A stretch of DNA of 64,000 nucleotides from contig NC_086097.1 in the NCBI RefSeq assembly GCF_963921235.1, positions 1,612,001 to 1,676,000 on the forward strand, given 5' to 3'. Source of the stretch: Mobula hypostoma (lineage: Eukaryota). The translations under genes and the position numbers were made by a program. Shown piece after piece: positions 1 to 13,164 of this stretch (its first letter is position 1; each line of letters begins with the position of its first letter). The notes under the pieces are model-generated. The model saw only the letters and a list, made by a program, of their open reading frames with translations, was not told the DNA's origin and did not search any database.

Positions 1-1497
1 AAATCTGAGACAAGGACCAGCACAGATGGACTGTTCTTCACCCTGCAGGTACTGAACCAGGCCCCGATAGTGTGCGTAAATCTGTACAAGTCACCACTCA
101 GGCTGGGCTCAGGCGTGGGCAGAGAGCTTACTGTGGCAGGTGAGTTTTCGCACTGAGGACGGGTGATCCAGACTTCTGGGAGATGAAATGGCAGTGTAAC
201 AGGTGTGAAGAATTAGTTCACATAGCTGGACTGCTGGAGGTTCAGCAACTTGTAGAACGAGTAGAGGGGAGTTTCACGCGGTGTCAGGAACTCTCTGCTG
301 AAGGTGTGAGCAGCAGAAATTCTCAACACATTGAGACACAAATGAGAGGCCACGAGGGGCAGTGAGTGAGTGAGAGGCCACGAGGGGCAGTGAGTGAGTG
401 AGAAGTGGTGAGGCTCAGAGACCCCACGTCTGTGAGTCTAGGCCAAGGACTGGGGTTGGGGGCCTGACGTTTTGTTGAGTTGGTGGTTGGAAAAGGCTTT
501 GTTCTGATGTTTTTGTTTAGTTGCTGCTGTTGCCGTTTGTGTTGTTCTGTCAAGCATTGTGGGAACGCTGCTTGGTGCTGGCAGCATGGTGACACGGTGG
601 ACACATTCGGGACATGTAGGTTGTCAATGGAAACGACACATTTCACGCTGTGTTTTAATGTACATGCAATAAATAAATGAATCAATCAGCTGGAGAAATG
701 GCGGACAGGTCAGAGGAAGGGAAACCTTGCTGTAGTCATCTGAGCATTCCAGCAGGTGGCAGCAGAGCTCAAGGCTAGAGAGGCAGCTTTCAGGCTGCAG
801 AACCGCAGCCGGTGGCCCAGGCCCAGGCCCAGGCCCTGGCCCTGGAGCAGGAGATACTGACACCCCAGGGTCTTTCCACCATCTCCAGCTCATCAACGTG
901 AAAGTCTGGTGAGGTGTAAAACCTCTCAGGCAGCCCAGTATCATGTTAGGGCAAAGCAGCAATCTGACGTCCACTCCATCCATCGCCAGAACAAGAACGG
1001 GACCTGGCCCAGACCAAGCCAGGAGTTAATGGGCTGACAAAGAAGGGACTTCTAGACAGAACAATTATAAACAGAAAATAGTGTAAAATTACAATCAGAG
1101 TGATGTAAAAGAGGAACGAGTTACTTAGTATTTTCAGTATTTCTGTGATTTGTTTCAGATTTCCAGCATCTGCAGTGTAGGTTTTGTAGACCTGGCCCTG
1201 TGTCCATGCAGGTGAATGAAGAATGGTTCACGAGTACACAGCACTCCTCCCATGTTACCCATGCAAGGTCTGCAATAAATAGGTGTATTGTGGCCCTGAG
1301 AGCTGGGACCCCCTGCTTGTAGTGCCCGTGGCTATCCACACCGCAGCAATATGCCGATACTTAGTCTATGAAGGGAAGGCTGCTCCCTATCCTCTGTTGG
1401 TCCCCCCACACTCTTGCCCCATCCGGCAGTGAGGACAGACAGGTTGAGTTCCAAAGAAGGGTGCAGTGAGGCCCTTTGCTGCCAGTCCAAACCCATC

Positions 1498-1701
1498 TCA
1501 GAGGTGGAGACGCGCTGGTGTGCTGCAGTGGGATTGTGGCAAGCTGTGTGGGGCAAAGGGCATCTCCTCACTCGACGAGTTCAGTGCTGGACACAGGCTT
1601 TCGTGGCTCTTCAGTACTGAGCTGAAGTAGTTGAGCTCCTCATTCAGCAGTGCGATCTCCTTCCTCAGGGCCACGTTCTCTCTCTCCAAATGCTCGCTCT
1701 C
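1498..1701 (-). CDS. BATF: BATF coding exon 3 (67 aa + stop, leucine zipper and C-terminus)
   Basis: Acceptor CTTTTATTCTTGTCTGCAG|GAG, ESEHLERENVALRKEIALLNEELNYFSSVLKSHESLC..., heptad leucines, TGA at 1500-1498. Confidence 0.95.
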   Translation of the reverse strand, partial: ESEHLERENVALRKEIALLNEELNYFSSVLKSHESLCPALNSSSEEMPFAPHSLPQSHCSTPARLHL

Positions 1702-1764
1702 CTGCAGACAAGAATAAAAGCACCCAGATCACATCAGGGTTAGAGAAAATGCAAGAACACAACT

Positions 1765-2445
1765 AATAGACCATTCATCCCATTGTGGCTGCGGTACCAA
1801 TCATTGACTGATCTTTCCTCACTAACTTCAGATCCCTCAGTCTCCTTAATATCCAGGAATGACCCATCTGCCTTGATTAAGGATAGTCAGCATGGCTTGG
1901 TGAGGGGCAGGTCATGCCTCATGAGTCTGATTGAGCTCTTTGAGGATGGACAAAGCATATTGGTGAAGGTAGAGCAGTGGATGTGGTTCTTATAGATTTT
2001 AGTAAGGTGCTTGATAAGGCTCCCATGGTAGGTTCATTCGGAAAGTCAGGAGGCACGTGACCCAGAAAACCTCGGCCGTGTGGATTCAGAATTAGCTTAG
2101 CAGACAGAGGGAGTAGATGGAGTGTATTCTACCTGGAGGTCAGCGACCACTGGTGCTCCACAGGGATCTGTTCTATGACCCTTGTTTTAATATGATTGGA
2201 GGAAAGCAGAGGGAGATTGCCAGAGGCTTTTTTTACACACAGATGGTGGTGGGTGCATGGAGCACACTGCTAGAGGTGATGGTAGAGGCAGATACATTCG
2301 GGATATTTCAGGGACTCTTAGGCAAATGGATGAAAGAAAAATGGAGGACAACGTGGGAGGGGAGGGTTAGATTGATCATAGAGCAGGAGGAAACGTTGGC
2401 ACAATATCATGGCGTAATGTCCTATGTCCTACATGTCCACGACCA
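1765..2445 (+). mobile_element. Degraded CR1-type LINE fragments
   Basis: IKDSQHGLVRGRSCLMSLIELFE RT motif and LINE 3'-end remnant. Confidence 0.7.
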
Positions 2446-2521
2446 AGTCTCCACTTTCCCAGGGGAAAAACTCCAAAGATTCTCTATCCTGGGTAAAGAT
2501 ATCCCTCCCCTCACTCTGAGA

Positions 2522-5500
2522 AACAGAACAGAACAGCACAAGACAGGCTATCTAGCCCACAATGTTGTGAAAACTCCCAAACACTAATCCCTTCGATCTA
2601 CACAATGTCCATGTCCCTCCATCTTCCTCACATCCATGTGCCTATCCAAATGTTTTTTAAAAAGCCTCCGATGTATTTGCCTCTATCACGTACCAGGCCA
2701 CGCATTCCAGGCATTCAGCACTCTCTGAGTAAAAAACTTACCCCTCACATTCCCCTGAACCTAACTTTCCCACCTTCAATGCATGCCCTCTGGTATTAGA
2801 CATCTCAAGATGCTCTCTGTCCACTCACAACCTCGTAAACCTCCAACTGATCTCCCCTCAGCCTCCAACACTCCGGAGAAAACAACCCAGGTTTATCCAG
2901 CACACGCTCTCTAAACCAGGCATCCTGATAAACCTCTTCTGCACCCTTCTTCCCATAGTGCGGCCTAACCAGAGTTTTAGAAAGTTGCATCATAACCTCT
3001 TGACCTTTGAACTCAATGCCTTAACTAATAAAAGCAAGCGTTCAGTAAGCCTTCTTAACCGTATCGAACTGTGTAGCCACTTTCAAGGAGTTATGAACTT
3101 GGATCCCAAGATCTCTCTTCTTGGCCACTCTGTTAGGGACCTTGTCCTTAAATGTGTACTGTCTCCTTGCATTTGCCCTACAAAGGTGCAACTTCTCATA
3201 TTCATCTGGGTTAAACTCCATCTACCATTTCTCTGGCCTTATCTACAACTGATCTGTATCGCACTGTGTTCTTTGCCAGTCTTCTACACTTTCCGTGACT
3301 CCACCAACCTTGATATAATCTGCAAACTTACTAACTTACTCATCCACATTTTCATAAGACCATAACATATAGGAGCAGAATTAGGCCATTTGGCCCATCA
3401 AGTCTGCTCCAAAATTTAATCTTGGCTGATCCAATTTTCCCTCAGCCTCAATTTCCTGCCTTCTCCCTGTACCCCTTCATGCCCTGACCAATCAAGAATC
3501 TATCAACCTCTGTCTTAAATATACATAAAGACTTGGCCTCCACAGCTGTCTGTGACAAAGAATTCCACAGATTCACCATTCTCTGACTAAAGAAATTCCT
3601 GCTCATCTCTGTTCTAAAATGACACCCCTTATTCTGAGGCCATGTCCTTTGGTCTTAGACTCTCCACCACAGGGAACATCCTCTCCACATCCAGGTCTTT
3701 TATAGACATCAGAAACAGCAGAGGTCCCAGCAGGGATCCTAGCGGAACACCACTAATTACACACCTTCAGCTCGAATAACTCTCTTCAACCACTACCCAG
3801 TCTCCTATGCCCAAGCCAGTTCTGAGTCCAACCAGCCAGCTCACCGCAGACCCCATGCATCTTGGTCAAGTTGGTAAGACACAACCAGCCATGCACAAAA
3901 CAGTGCTGATTCAGGCCAAGGGTTATTAAATGCTCATATATCCTATCCCTAAGAATTTTCTCAGGCAATTTGCCTACAACTGACGTGAGACTCACCGGTC
4001 TATCGTTCCCTAGACTTTCCCTTATTCCCTTCTTAAGTAGAGGCACAACATTAGCCACTCACCAATCCTCCAGGACCTCGCTTGTGGCTAGAAAGGACAT
4101 GGGGATACTGGTTAAGGTCCCAGAAATCTCGTCTACTGCCTCCTTCCATAACCTGGGGTAAATCCCATCAGGCCCTGGAGACTTACTCACCTTAATACTC
4201 ATGAGGATGTCCAACACTTCCTCATCCTTAACCTCTAAATGTCCTGAAGTATTTGTACACCAGCACTGATCTCCTGGTCCTCCATGGTAAATACTGAAGA
4301 AAGTACTCATTACATACCTCACTCACATTCTCTGCATCCAAGCAAATATTCCCGCCTTTATCCTCAAGTGATCCCACCCTCTCCCTAGTTATCCTCTTGC
4401 TCTTGATGTATGTATTAAGTACCTTGGAATCACCTTACTCCTTGTTGACAAGGACTTTTCCTGGTCCCTCCTGGCTCTCCTAATTCCCTTTAGTTCTCTT
4501 CTGGATTTATACTCCTCGTGTGCTTTGTTTGATCCTAACTTCCAAAGCCTGATAGACTTTTTCTTTTTTGTCTTGACAAAATTTGTCACCTCCCCGGACA
4601 CCCAGGGTTTTCTTATCTTTCCATCCCTGACATACCTTTCCTGTACTCTGTGCAATTTATCTTTAAACACCCTCCACATGTCTGATGTGGACTTGCCAGA
4701 AAAAACCAGTTCCCAATTAACACTTCTTGTATTGGGGAGCACGCCTTCTGAGAATAGGTTGAATGAATTTGGCCTTTTCTCCTTGGAGTGACAAAAGATG
4801 AGAAGTGACTTGATAGAGGTGTATAAGATGATGAGAGGCATTGATCATGTGAATAGTCAGAGGCTTTTCCCAGGGCTGAAAAGGCTAACACGAGAGGGCA
4901 CAGTTTTAAGGTGCTTGGAAGTAGGTACAGAGGAGATGTTGGCGTAAGTTTTTCACACAGAGAGTGCTGGATGCGTGGAATGGGCCGCCGGTGGCGGTGG
5001 TGGAGGAAGCAGATACAATAGGGTCTTTTAAGAGACTCTTAAGCAGGTTCATGGAGCTTAGAAAAATAGAGGGGTATGCGGTAGGGAAATTCTAGGCAGT
5101 TTCTAGAGTAGGCTACATGGTCAACACAACATTGTGGGCTGAAAGGCCTGTAATGTGCTGTAGATTTCTATGTTCTATTATCTATGTTCTTAGTTCCTGC
5201 CTAACCCCTGTAGTTTGCCCTACTCCATTTTAAAACTCTCACAGGGACTTTATCTACAGCTATCCTCAAAGTTAAGGAGTTGTGGTCACCTGTTCTTCTT
5301 CTGGCCAGCTCATTACCCAACACCAGACCCAGTACGGCCCTTCCTCTCATTGGACTGCCCACATATTTATTTAAGAAACCTTCCTGGATACACTTTACAA
5401 ATTCTGCCCATCTAAACCCCTTGCACCCCTTCCCACTTTATATTTGGGAAGTTGAAATCCCCCATGGCAATAACCCTATTATTTTTACACATTTCCTTAA

Positions 5501-5650
5501 TCTGATTACATGCCTGTTCCTCAATGTCCCGGTGGCTATTGTGGGCCTCTGCAGTACAATCCCATCGGTGTGATTGCACCCTTCCTAGTCCTGAGTCCCA
5601 CCCAGATGCCTGAGCCCTCCATTACGTCTCCCAAGTGCAGCTGTGATATC
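2522..5650 (-). mobile_element. Decayed CR1-type LINE (APE remnant, RT, 3' end) carrying nested CR1 3' fragments at ~3355-3692 (-) and ~4728-5190 (+)
   Basis: ORF pieces KSPGPDGIYPRL, ANVVPLLKKG...NDRPVSLTSVVGK, LVRPH; TTCTG-type 3' tail at ~2522. Confidence 0.8.
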
Positions 5651-7274
5651 GTCCCTGATTAGCCATCCTATCACATTTTAATCCAAATCATTTATATATG
5701 AGACAGAGGTCCCAATACAGATTCCTGTGGAACACCACTAGTCACAGACTTCCAGCCACACTGTCCCACTCCCCTCTGCCTTCTATGGGCAGTCAATTCA
5801 ATTGTATCAACTAAGTCACCATGGATCCCATACACCTGAATAAATCTAACACGCAGAACCTGCCTTACTAAAATCCATCAACTCTCTACCTTCACTCAGA
5901 GGGTGGTGAGAGAGGAAGTGGTGGGTGCAGGATCGATTTAGGAGAAGTTCAGGTAGGTACATGGATGGAAGGGGTGTGGAGGACTGTGGTTCAGGTGTAG
6001 TCAATGGGACAAGGGACTTCAATAGTTTAGCATGGACAAGACGGGCTGAAGGGCCTACTTCTGAGCTGAAGTGTTCTATGACTCTATCATTCTATGTAGA
6101 TTTATCTGCAAACAACTATTCCTAGTCAATTCTCCCTAGCTCCTGTCTGATATCCATTTTAATATTTCCTGTAATGTCCACTCGGCCTTATTCACAGCTG
6201 TCGTAGGGCTTAAGGAGTTGTGATCACTGTTTCCCAAGTGTTCACCCACTGAAAGGTCAGTCAGCTTAACGGGCTGATTCCCCAGTACAGGATCCAGCAA
6301 AGCCTCCCTTTAGCTGGACTCTCTACATACTGCTTCAAGAAACCCTCTTGGACACACCTAAAAAATTCTCCCCCATCCGAACCTTTTGCCCTAAGGATTT
6401 CCCAGTCCATGTTGGTGAGGTTGAAGTCAGCCCCAGTGATAACTTTGTTGTTTTTGTTCCTTTCCACGATCTGCTCCTGCATCCCAGTAACTATTTGGGG
6501 TCTATAGTATAAACCCATCAGAGTGATGATACCTTTCCCATTTTGGGGTCCTGCCTGTACGGACTCAGTCGATGACCTTTCGATTTCTTACCCTCCAAAT
6601 GCAGCTGTGATATTGTCCTTGACTGCTAATGTATCCCTCCCCACTCTTTAAACCACTGAAACCCTCGAACATTAAGACCATTGGCCCATCAAGTCTGCTC
6701 TACAATTTCATCATGACTGACACAATTTTCCTTTCAGCTCCAATCTCCTGCCTTCTCCCAATATCCCTTCCTATCCTAAAAATCAAGAATCTATCAACCT
6801 CTGCCTTAAAACTACATAAAGACGGCCTCCACAGCTGCCTGTGGCAAAGAATTCCACAAATTCATCACTCTCTAGCTAAAGAAATTCCTCCTCATCTGCA
6901 TTCTAAAAGAATGCCCCTCTATTCTGAGGCTGTGTCCCCTGGTCTTAGACTCTCCCACCACTGGAAACATCCTCTTCATATCCACTCTGTCAAGGCCTTT
7001 CAGCATTCGATAGGTTTCAATGAGGTCACCCCTTATTCTTCTGAATTCCAGTGAATACAGGCCCAGAGCCATCAGACACCCTTCATATGACCATCCTGAA
7101 ATCATTTTCATGAACCTCCTTTCAAACCTCTCCAGTTTCAGCACATTCTTTCTAAGATAAGGTGCCCAAACCCTCTCACAATACTCCAAATGAGGCTTCA
7201 CCAGTGTTTTATAAAGTTTCAAAATTACATCCTCGCTTTTATATCCCAGTCCTCTTGAAATAAATGCCAACATA

Positions 7275-10200
7275 CTCTGCTATTTAGGAAGGGTGGGAGG
7301 CAGCAGAAAGGGAACTATAGACCTGTTAGCCTGGCATCAGTGGTTGGGAAGTTGTTGGAATCGATTGTTAAGGATGAGATTACAGAGTACCTGGAGGCAC
7401 ATAACAAGATTGGCCAAAGCCAGCATGGTTCCCGGAAAGGAAAGTCCTGTCTGACAAAGCTACTGCAATTCTTTGAGGAAATTACAAGCAGGATAAACAA
7501 AGGAGATGCAGTAGATGTGATGTACTTGGATTTTCAGAAGGCCTTTAACAAAGTGCCATACATTTGGCTGCTTAGCAAGATAAGATCCCATGGAATTACA
7601 GGGGAGTTACTAGCATGGATGGAGCATTGGCTGATTGGCAGAAAACAGAGAGTGGGAATAAAGGGATCCTATTCTGGCTGGCTGCCGGTTACCAGTGGAG
7701 TTCCACAGGGGTCAGTGATAGGACCACTGCTTTTTACTATGTATGTCAATGATTTGGACGATGATATTAATGGATTTGTGGCTAAGTTTGCCAATGATAC
7801 AAAGATAGGCGAAGGAGTGGGTAGTGTTGAGGAAACAGAGAGCCTGCAGAGAGACTTAGATAGTTTAGGGGAATGGGCAAAGAAGTGGCAAATGAAATAC
7901 AATACAATACAGTGGTCATGCACTTTGGTGGAAGAAGTAAACGGGCAGACTATTATTTAGATGGGGAGAGAATTCAAAATGCAGAGATGCAAAGGGACTT
8001 GTGTGACCTTGTGCAAGATACCCTAAAGGTTAACCCGCAGGTTGAGTCAGTTGTGAAGAAGGCAAATGCAATGTTGGCATTCATTTCTAGAGGTATAGAA
8101 TATAACCCCAAGGCATTCTACAAGTATGTGAAGAACAAGAGGATAAGACGTGAGAGAATAGGACCAACCAAGTGTGACGGTGGAAAAGTGTGTATGGAAC
8201 CGGAGGAGATAGCAGAGGTTGTTAATGTACTTCGTCTCAGTATTCACTATGGAAAACGATCTTAGCGATTGTAGGGATGACTTACAGCGGACTGAAAAGC
8301 TTGAGCATGTAAATATTAAGGAAGAGGGTGTGCTGGAGCTTTTGGAAAGCATCAGGTTGGATAAGTCACCAGGACCGGATGAGATGTACCCCAGGCTACT
8401 GTGGGAGGTGAGAAAGGAGATTGCTGAGCCTCTGGCGATGATCTTTGCATCATCAATAGGGATGGGAGAGGTTCTGGAGGATTGGAGGGTTGTGGATGTT
8501 GTTCCATTATTCAAGGAAAGGGAATAAAGATAGCCCAGGAAATTATAGACTAGTGAATCTTACCTCAGTGGTTGGTAAATTGATGGAGAGATCCTGAGAG
8601 GCAGGATTTATGAACATTTGGAGAGGTATAATATGATTAGGAATAGTCAGCATGGCTTTGTCAAAGGCAGGTCGTGCCTTATGAGCCTGATTGAAGTTAT
8701 TGAGGATGTGACTAAACACATTGATGAAGGTAGAGCAATAGATGTAGTGTATATGGATTTCAGCAAGGCATTTGCTAAGGTACCCCATGCAAGGCTTATT
8801 GAGAAAGTAAGGAGGTATGGGATCCAAGGGGACCTTGCTTTGTGGATCCAGAATTGGCTTGCCCACAGAAAGCAAAGAGTGGTTGTGGATGGGTCATATT
8901 CTGCATGGAGGTCAGTGACCAGTGGTGTGCCTCAGGGATCTGTTCTGGGACCCTTACTCTTTGTGATTTTTATAAATGACTTAGATGAAGTGGAGGGATG
9001 GGTTAGTAAATTTGCTGATGACACAAAGGTTGGAGGTGTTGTGGATAGTGTGGAGGGCTGTCAGAGGTTACAGCGGGACATGGATAGGATGCAAAATTGG
9101 GCTGAGAAATGGCAGATGAAGTTCAATCCAGATAAGTGTGAAGTGGTTCATTTTGGTGGGTCAAATATGATGGCAGAATATAGTATTAATGGTAAGACTC
9201 TTGGCAGTGTGGAGGATCAGAGGGATCTTGGGGTCTGAGTCCATAGGACACTCAAAGCTTCTGCACAGGTTGACTCTGTGGTTAGGAGAGCATACGGTGC
9301 ATTGGCCTTCATCAATCATGGGATTGAGTTTAGGAGCCAAGAGGTAATGTTACAGCTATATAGGACCCTGGTCAGTCCCCACTTGGAGTACTGTGCTCAG
9401 TTCTGGTCACCTCACTACAGGAAGGATGTGGAAACTATAGAAAGGGTGCAGAGGTGATTTACCAGGATGTTGCCTGGATTGGGGAGCATGCCTTATGAGA
9501 ATAGGTTGAGTGAACTCGGTCTTTTCTCCTTCGAACGACGGAGGATGAGAGGTGACCTGATAGAGGTGTATAAGATGATGAGAGGCATTGATCGTGTGGA
9601 TAGTCAGAGGCTTTTTCCCAGGGCTGGAATGGCTAGCATGAGAGGGCATAGTTTTCAGGTGCTTGGAAGTAGGTCCAGAGGAGATATCAGGGTAAGTTTA
9701 TTACGCAGAGGGTGGTGAGTGCGTGGAATGGGCTGCCGGCAACGGTGGTGGAGACGGATATGATAGGATCTTTTAAGAGGCTCCTGGATAGGCACATACA
9801 GCTTAGAAAAATAGAGGGCTATGGGTAACCCTAGGTAATTTCTCAGGTAAGGATATGTTTGGCACAGCTTTGTGGGCCGAAGGGTCTGTATTGTGCTGTA
9901 GGTTTTCGATGTTTCTATAAGAGCAGGGATGTGATGTTGAGGCTCTATAAGGCACTCATGAGACCACATTTGGAATGTAGTGTGCAGTTTTGGGCTCCTT
10001 ATTTTAGAAAGGATATACTGACATTGGAGAGGGTTCAGAGAAGATTCACAACAGTGATTCCAGGAATGAAAGGGTTACCGTATGAGGAACATATGAGAAG
10101 TTCAGGAGAATGAGGGGAGATCTCATAGAAACATTCTGAATGTTAAAAGGCCTGAACAGATTAGATATGGCAAAGTTATTTTCCCTAGTAGGGGATCCAA

Positions 10201-10503
10201 GGACTAGAGGGCGCAACTTCAGGATTGAAGGACGTCCATTTAGAACTGAAATGCAAAGAAATTACTTTAGTCAGAGGGTGGTAAATCTGTGGAATTTGTT
10301 TCCGTGAGCGGCTGTGAAGGCCAAGCCATTCGGTGTATTTAAGGCAGAGATAGATAGGATCTTGATTAGCCAGGGCATCAAAGGGTATGGGGTGAAGGCA
10401 GGGGAGTGGGGATGACTGGAAGAATTGGATCAGCCCCATGATTGAATGGTGGAGCAGACTCAATGGATCAAATGGCCAACTTCTGCTCCTATATCTTATG
10501 GTC
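7275..10503 (+). mobile_element. CR1-type LINE RT/3' end split into ~7275-8105 and ~9916-10503
   Basis: DFQKAF, GVPQGSV, KFAND RT motifs; MLAFISRGIEY continues as KSRDVMLRLYKAL after the insert. Confidence 0.85.
8106..9915 (+). mobile_element. 5'-truncated CR1/HER1-type LINE nested in the previous element
   Basis: [39 protein letters not shown] and a 3' tail. Confidence 0.85.
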
Positions 10504-12445
10504 TACCGTCTAACATTGCATTTGCCTTCCTCACTACAGACTCAATCTGAAAACGAACCTTTAGGGAATCGTGCACAAGGTTTCCCAAGTCCCTCTACAT
10601 TTAAGATTTTATATTTTCTCTCCATTTAGAAAACAGTCAACCCTTAATTTCTTCTACCAAAGTGCACGACCATACACTTCCCGACACTGTATTCCACCTG
10701 TCACCTCTTTGCCCATTCTCCTAATCTGTCTAATCCTTCTGTAGCCTCTGTACTTCCTCAAAACTACCTGCCCCTCCACCTGTCTTCGTATCATCTGCAA
10801 ACTTATCAATAAAGCCATCGATTCTATGTATAACATAAAAAGAATCAATCCCAACACAGACCCCTGTGGAACACCACTAGTCTCTGGCAGCCAGCCAGAA
10901 AAGGCTCCTTTCATTCCCACTCTTTGCCTCCTGCCGATCAGCCACTCCTTCGTCCATGCTGGAATCTTTCCTGTAATACATGGGCTCGTAGCTTGTTAAG
11001 CAGACTCGTATGTGGCACCTTGTCTAAGGCCTTCTGAAAATCCAAGAATACAACATCAACTGATTCTTCTTTGTCTATCTTGCTTGTTATTTCTTCAAAG
11101 AATTCCAACAGATTCGTCAGGCAAGACTTTCCCCTGAAGAAACCATGCTGACTATGGCCTATTCTATCATGTGCCTCCAAGTTCTCTGAGACCTTATAAT
11201 CAACTCCAACATCTTCTCAACCACTGAGGTCACACTAGTCTAGACTCTCTCTCATCCAGGTCTCTGTAATGGCCACAATGTCACAGTTCCATGTACTGAT
11301 TCATATCCCAAGTTCATTGTGCTTACTCCTAATCCTCCTCGCGTTAAAACAAACACATCTCAAAGCACCTGTCACGGTGCTTATACCCTTGAGCTCCAAC
11401 AGTGCTGCTGTTCAGACCTTCAGTCCGTCCATTCTGGGACCAGTCCCAATCTATTTTAAACCCTCCCAGGTAGCACTGGCAGGGTATTGGTTCCCCTCCA
11501 GTTAAGGTGTGACGGTCTCTTTTCTGAAAACCCACATTCAACGTTTCAGGAACACTGCCATCAGATTGTTGAGTGGACAATGAGCCCATGTACACTACCT
11601 CGCACGCTTTGCTCTCTTTCTGCACTACTTACTCGAAATAAATAGACTTCTTACTGTAATTTATAGTTGTTTTATTATGTATTACATTGTACTGCTGCCA
11701 CAAAGCAACACATTTCATGACCTACATCAGAGATATTTAATCTGACTCTGATTGCACAGGTCACACCTGCCCCAGAAGAAGTCACAATGAGTCGGAAACA
11801 TGAACCTCGGTCCCCTGCACCAGCCCCTCAGTCACAAATTCATGCCCTCTAATGATCTGTTCCTACCCTCAGTATCTCTGATAAAGGGTCTCTCCCAAAA
11901 CGTTCACATTTATTCCCCTCCAAACCTGCTGAGTTTCTCAGCATTTTGTGTGCATTACTCTAGATTTCCAACATCTGCAGAATCTCCTGTCTATCATTTA
12001 CTGCCCTTGAGGTCCTGCTTTTTCATTTTCCACCCCCCAGCTCCCTAATTCACTGCTTTTTGATTTCCGCCCCCCCCGCTCCCTAATTCACAACACAGCA
12101 ACTCATCCTTCTTTCCACGTACATTACTGGTACCAATAGGCATGACCCCCTCTGGCTCCACACCCTTACCCTCCAGAATGCTTTAATTTCCCAGTGTTGC
12201 CCCTCCAGGGGTGGTCAATGCACCTCAATCCCTTCTGAAAGCTGAGGCAGAAGCCTTGCCCTGAAATGTCGCCCTTTCCTCTTCCTCCACAGAAGGTGCA
12301 TTGCCGACAGGCTCTTTGCTTTGTACAGGAAGTGAATTTTCTCACTGTTCAAATGGGCAGCATTGTCTCTCCCCCACCCCATCTCCAGCAGCACGAACCC
12401 CGCATCCTGCCTCTCCCCAACAGGGCTGTGGTCCATCCCCCTCAC

Positions 12446-12550
12446 CTGGTGCAAGGTGTCAGCCTTCTGGGTCTGCCTCTGTCGGCTTTTCTGGGCCGCC
12501 AGGCGATTCTTCTCCCGTCTCAGAACTTTCTTTGTTTCCTCAGTGTTTTC
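12446..12550 (-). CDS. BATF: BATF coding exon 2 (35 aa, basic region)
   Basis: Acceptor TCTGTTGCAG|GAA, ENTEETKKVLRREKNRLAAQKSRQRQTQKADTLHQ, donor CAG|GTGAGG. Confidence 0.96.
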
Positions 12551-13164
12551 CTGCAACAGATGTGAGAGTGAGAGGGGTGGGGAGTTTGGGGCAGGGCAGG
12601 CATGTAAGGAGGCTGTATCCTTGAGGGGGAGAGAGAGGAGCGAGTGACTTGAGAGGGGGAGAGGAGGGAGGGAGCATGATGGAGAGGCGGAGGAAGAGTG
12701 GTTTAGAGGGGTGGGGGTAACCAGCAAGAGTTGAACCCCAGGCTGAGGTTGTGTCTCCCTGCTGCCTCTGAGCAGCACTTGTGGAGGAGCCCAAATGGGA
12801 TACCACATCCACAATGATCTGGGAGGTGGGGGAAAGGGGCTGGCTGGAGATGGACACACTGTGGACTGCTGCCCACCGTCTCCCCTACATCCTCATCAGC
12901 ATCCTCTGGCCTGAGAGGGGTCATGGCTTTCTCCATGATCAGCTGCACAGGTAGTTCGGGGTGACAGTCACCCCATCGGTGCCTCTCTGTGCATGTCACA
13001 ACCCCCTAGGTTTTCAAGTCTGCAGTGAACCCCACATTGTTCCAGGAGACGAGTCCTGCTGGCTTCTGGGTGGGTGGGGGGGGGTCTACATTCATTTCAG
13101 CTCCATTTCCCCTCCCAAATTGGCACCAAACCCTCAGCCACAGATAATGGGGGTCATGGGTACT

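Larger units (their letters stand above)
6675..11235 (-). mobile_element. CR1-type LINE split into ~6675-7273 and ~10510-11235
   Basis: MLAFISRGLGYKS...HLEYCE 3' part and SQHGFFRGKSCLTNLLEFFEE RT part; the two pieces join at a duplicated AACAT. Confidence 0.75.
6120..12200 (-). mobile_element. Old CR1-type LINE (APE/ORF1 remnants at ~6120-6672 and ~11240-12200), host of a LINE nest
   Basis: GLYYRP...ADFNL...FLKQYVESP endonuclease remnant that resumes after the nested inserts. Confidence 0.6.

Noticed and set aside
342..401. 30-bp direct duplication, plus a (CCCAGG)n run at ~815-845
   Set aside because: Ordinary slippage repeats with no further structure.
11875..11910. Third hammerhead motif (CTGATAAAGGGTCTCTCCCAAAACGTT)
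   Set aside because: Both core boxes are mutated; it is a decayed Penelope terminus.
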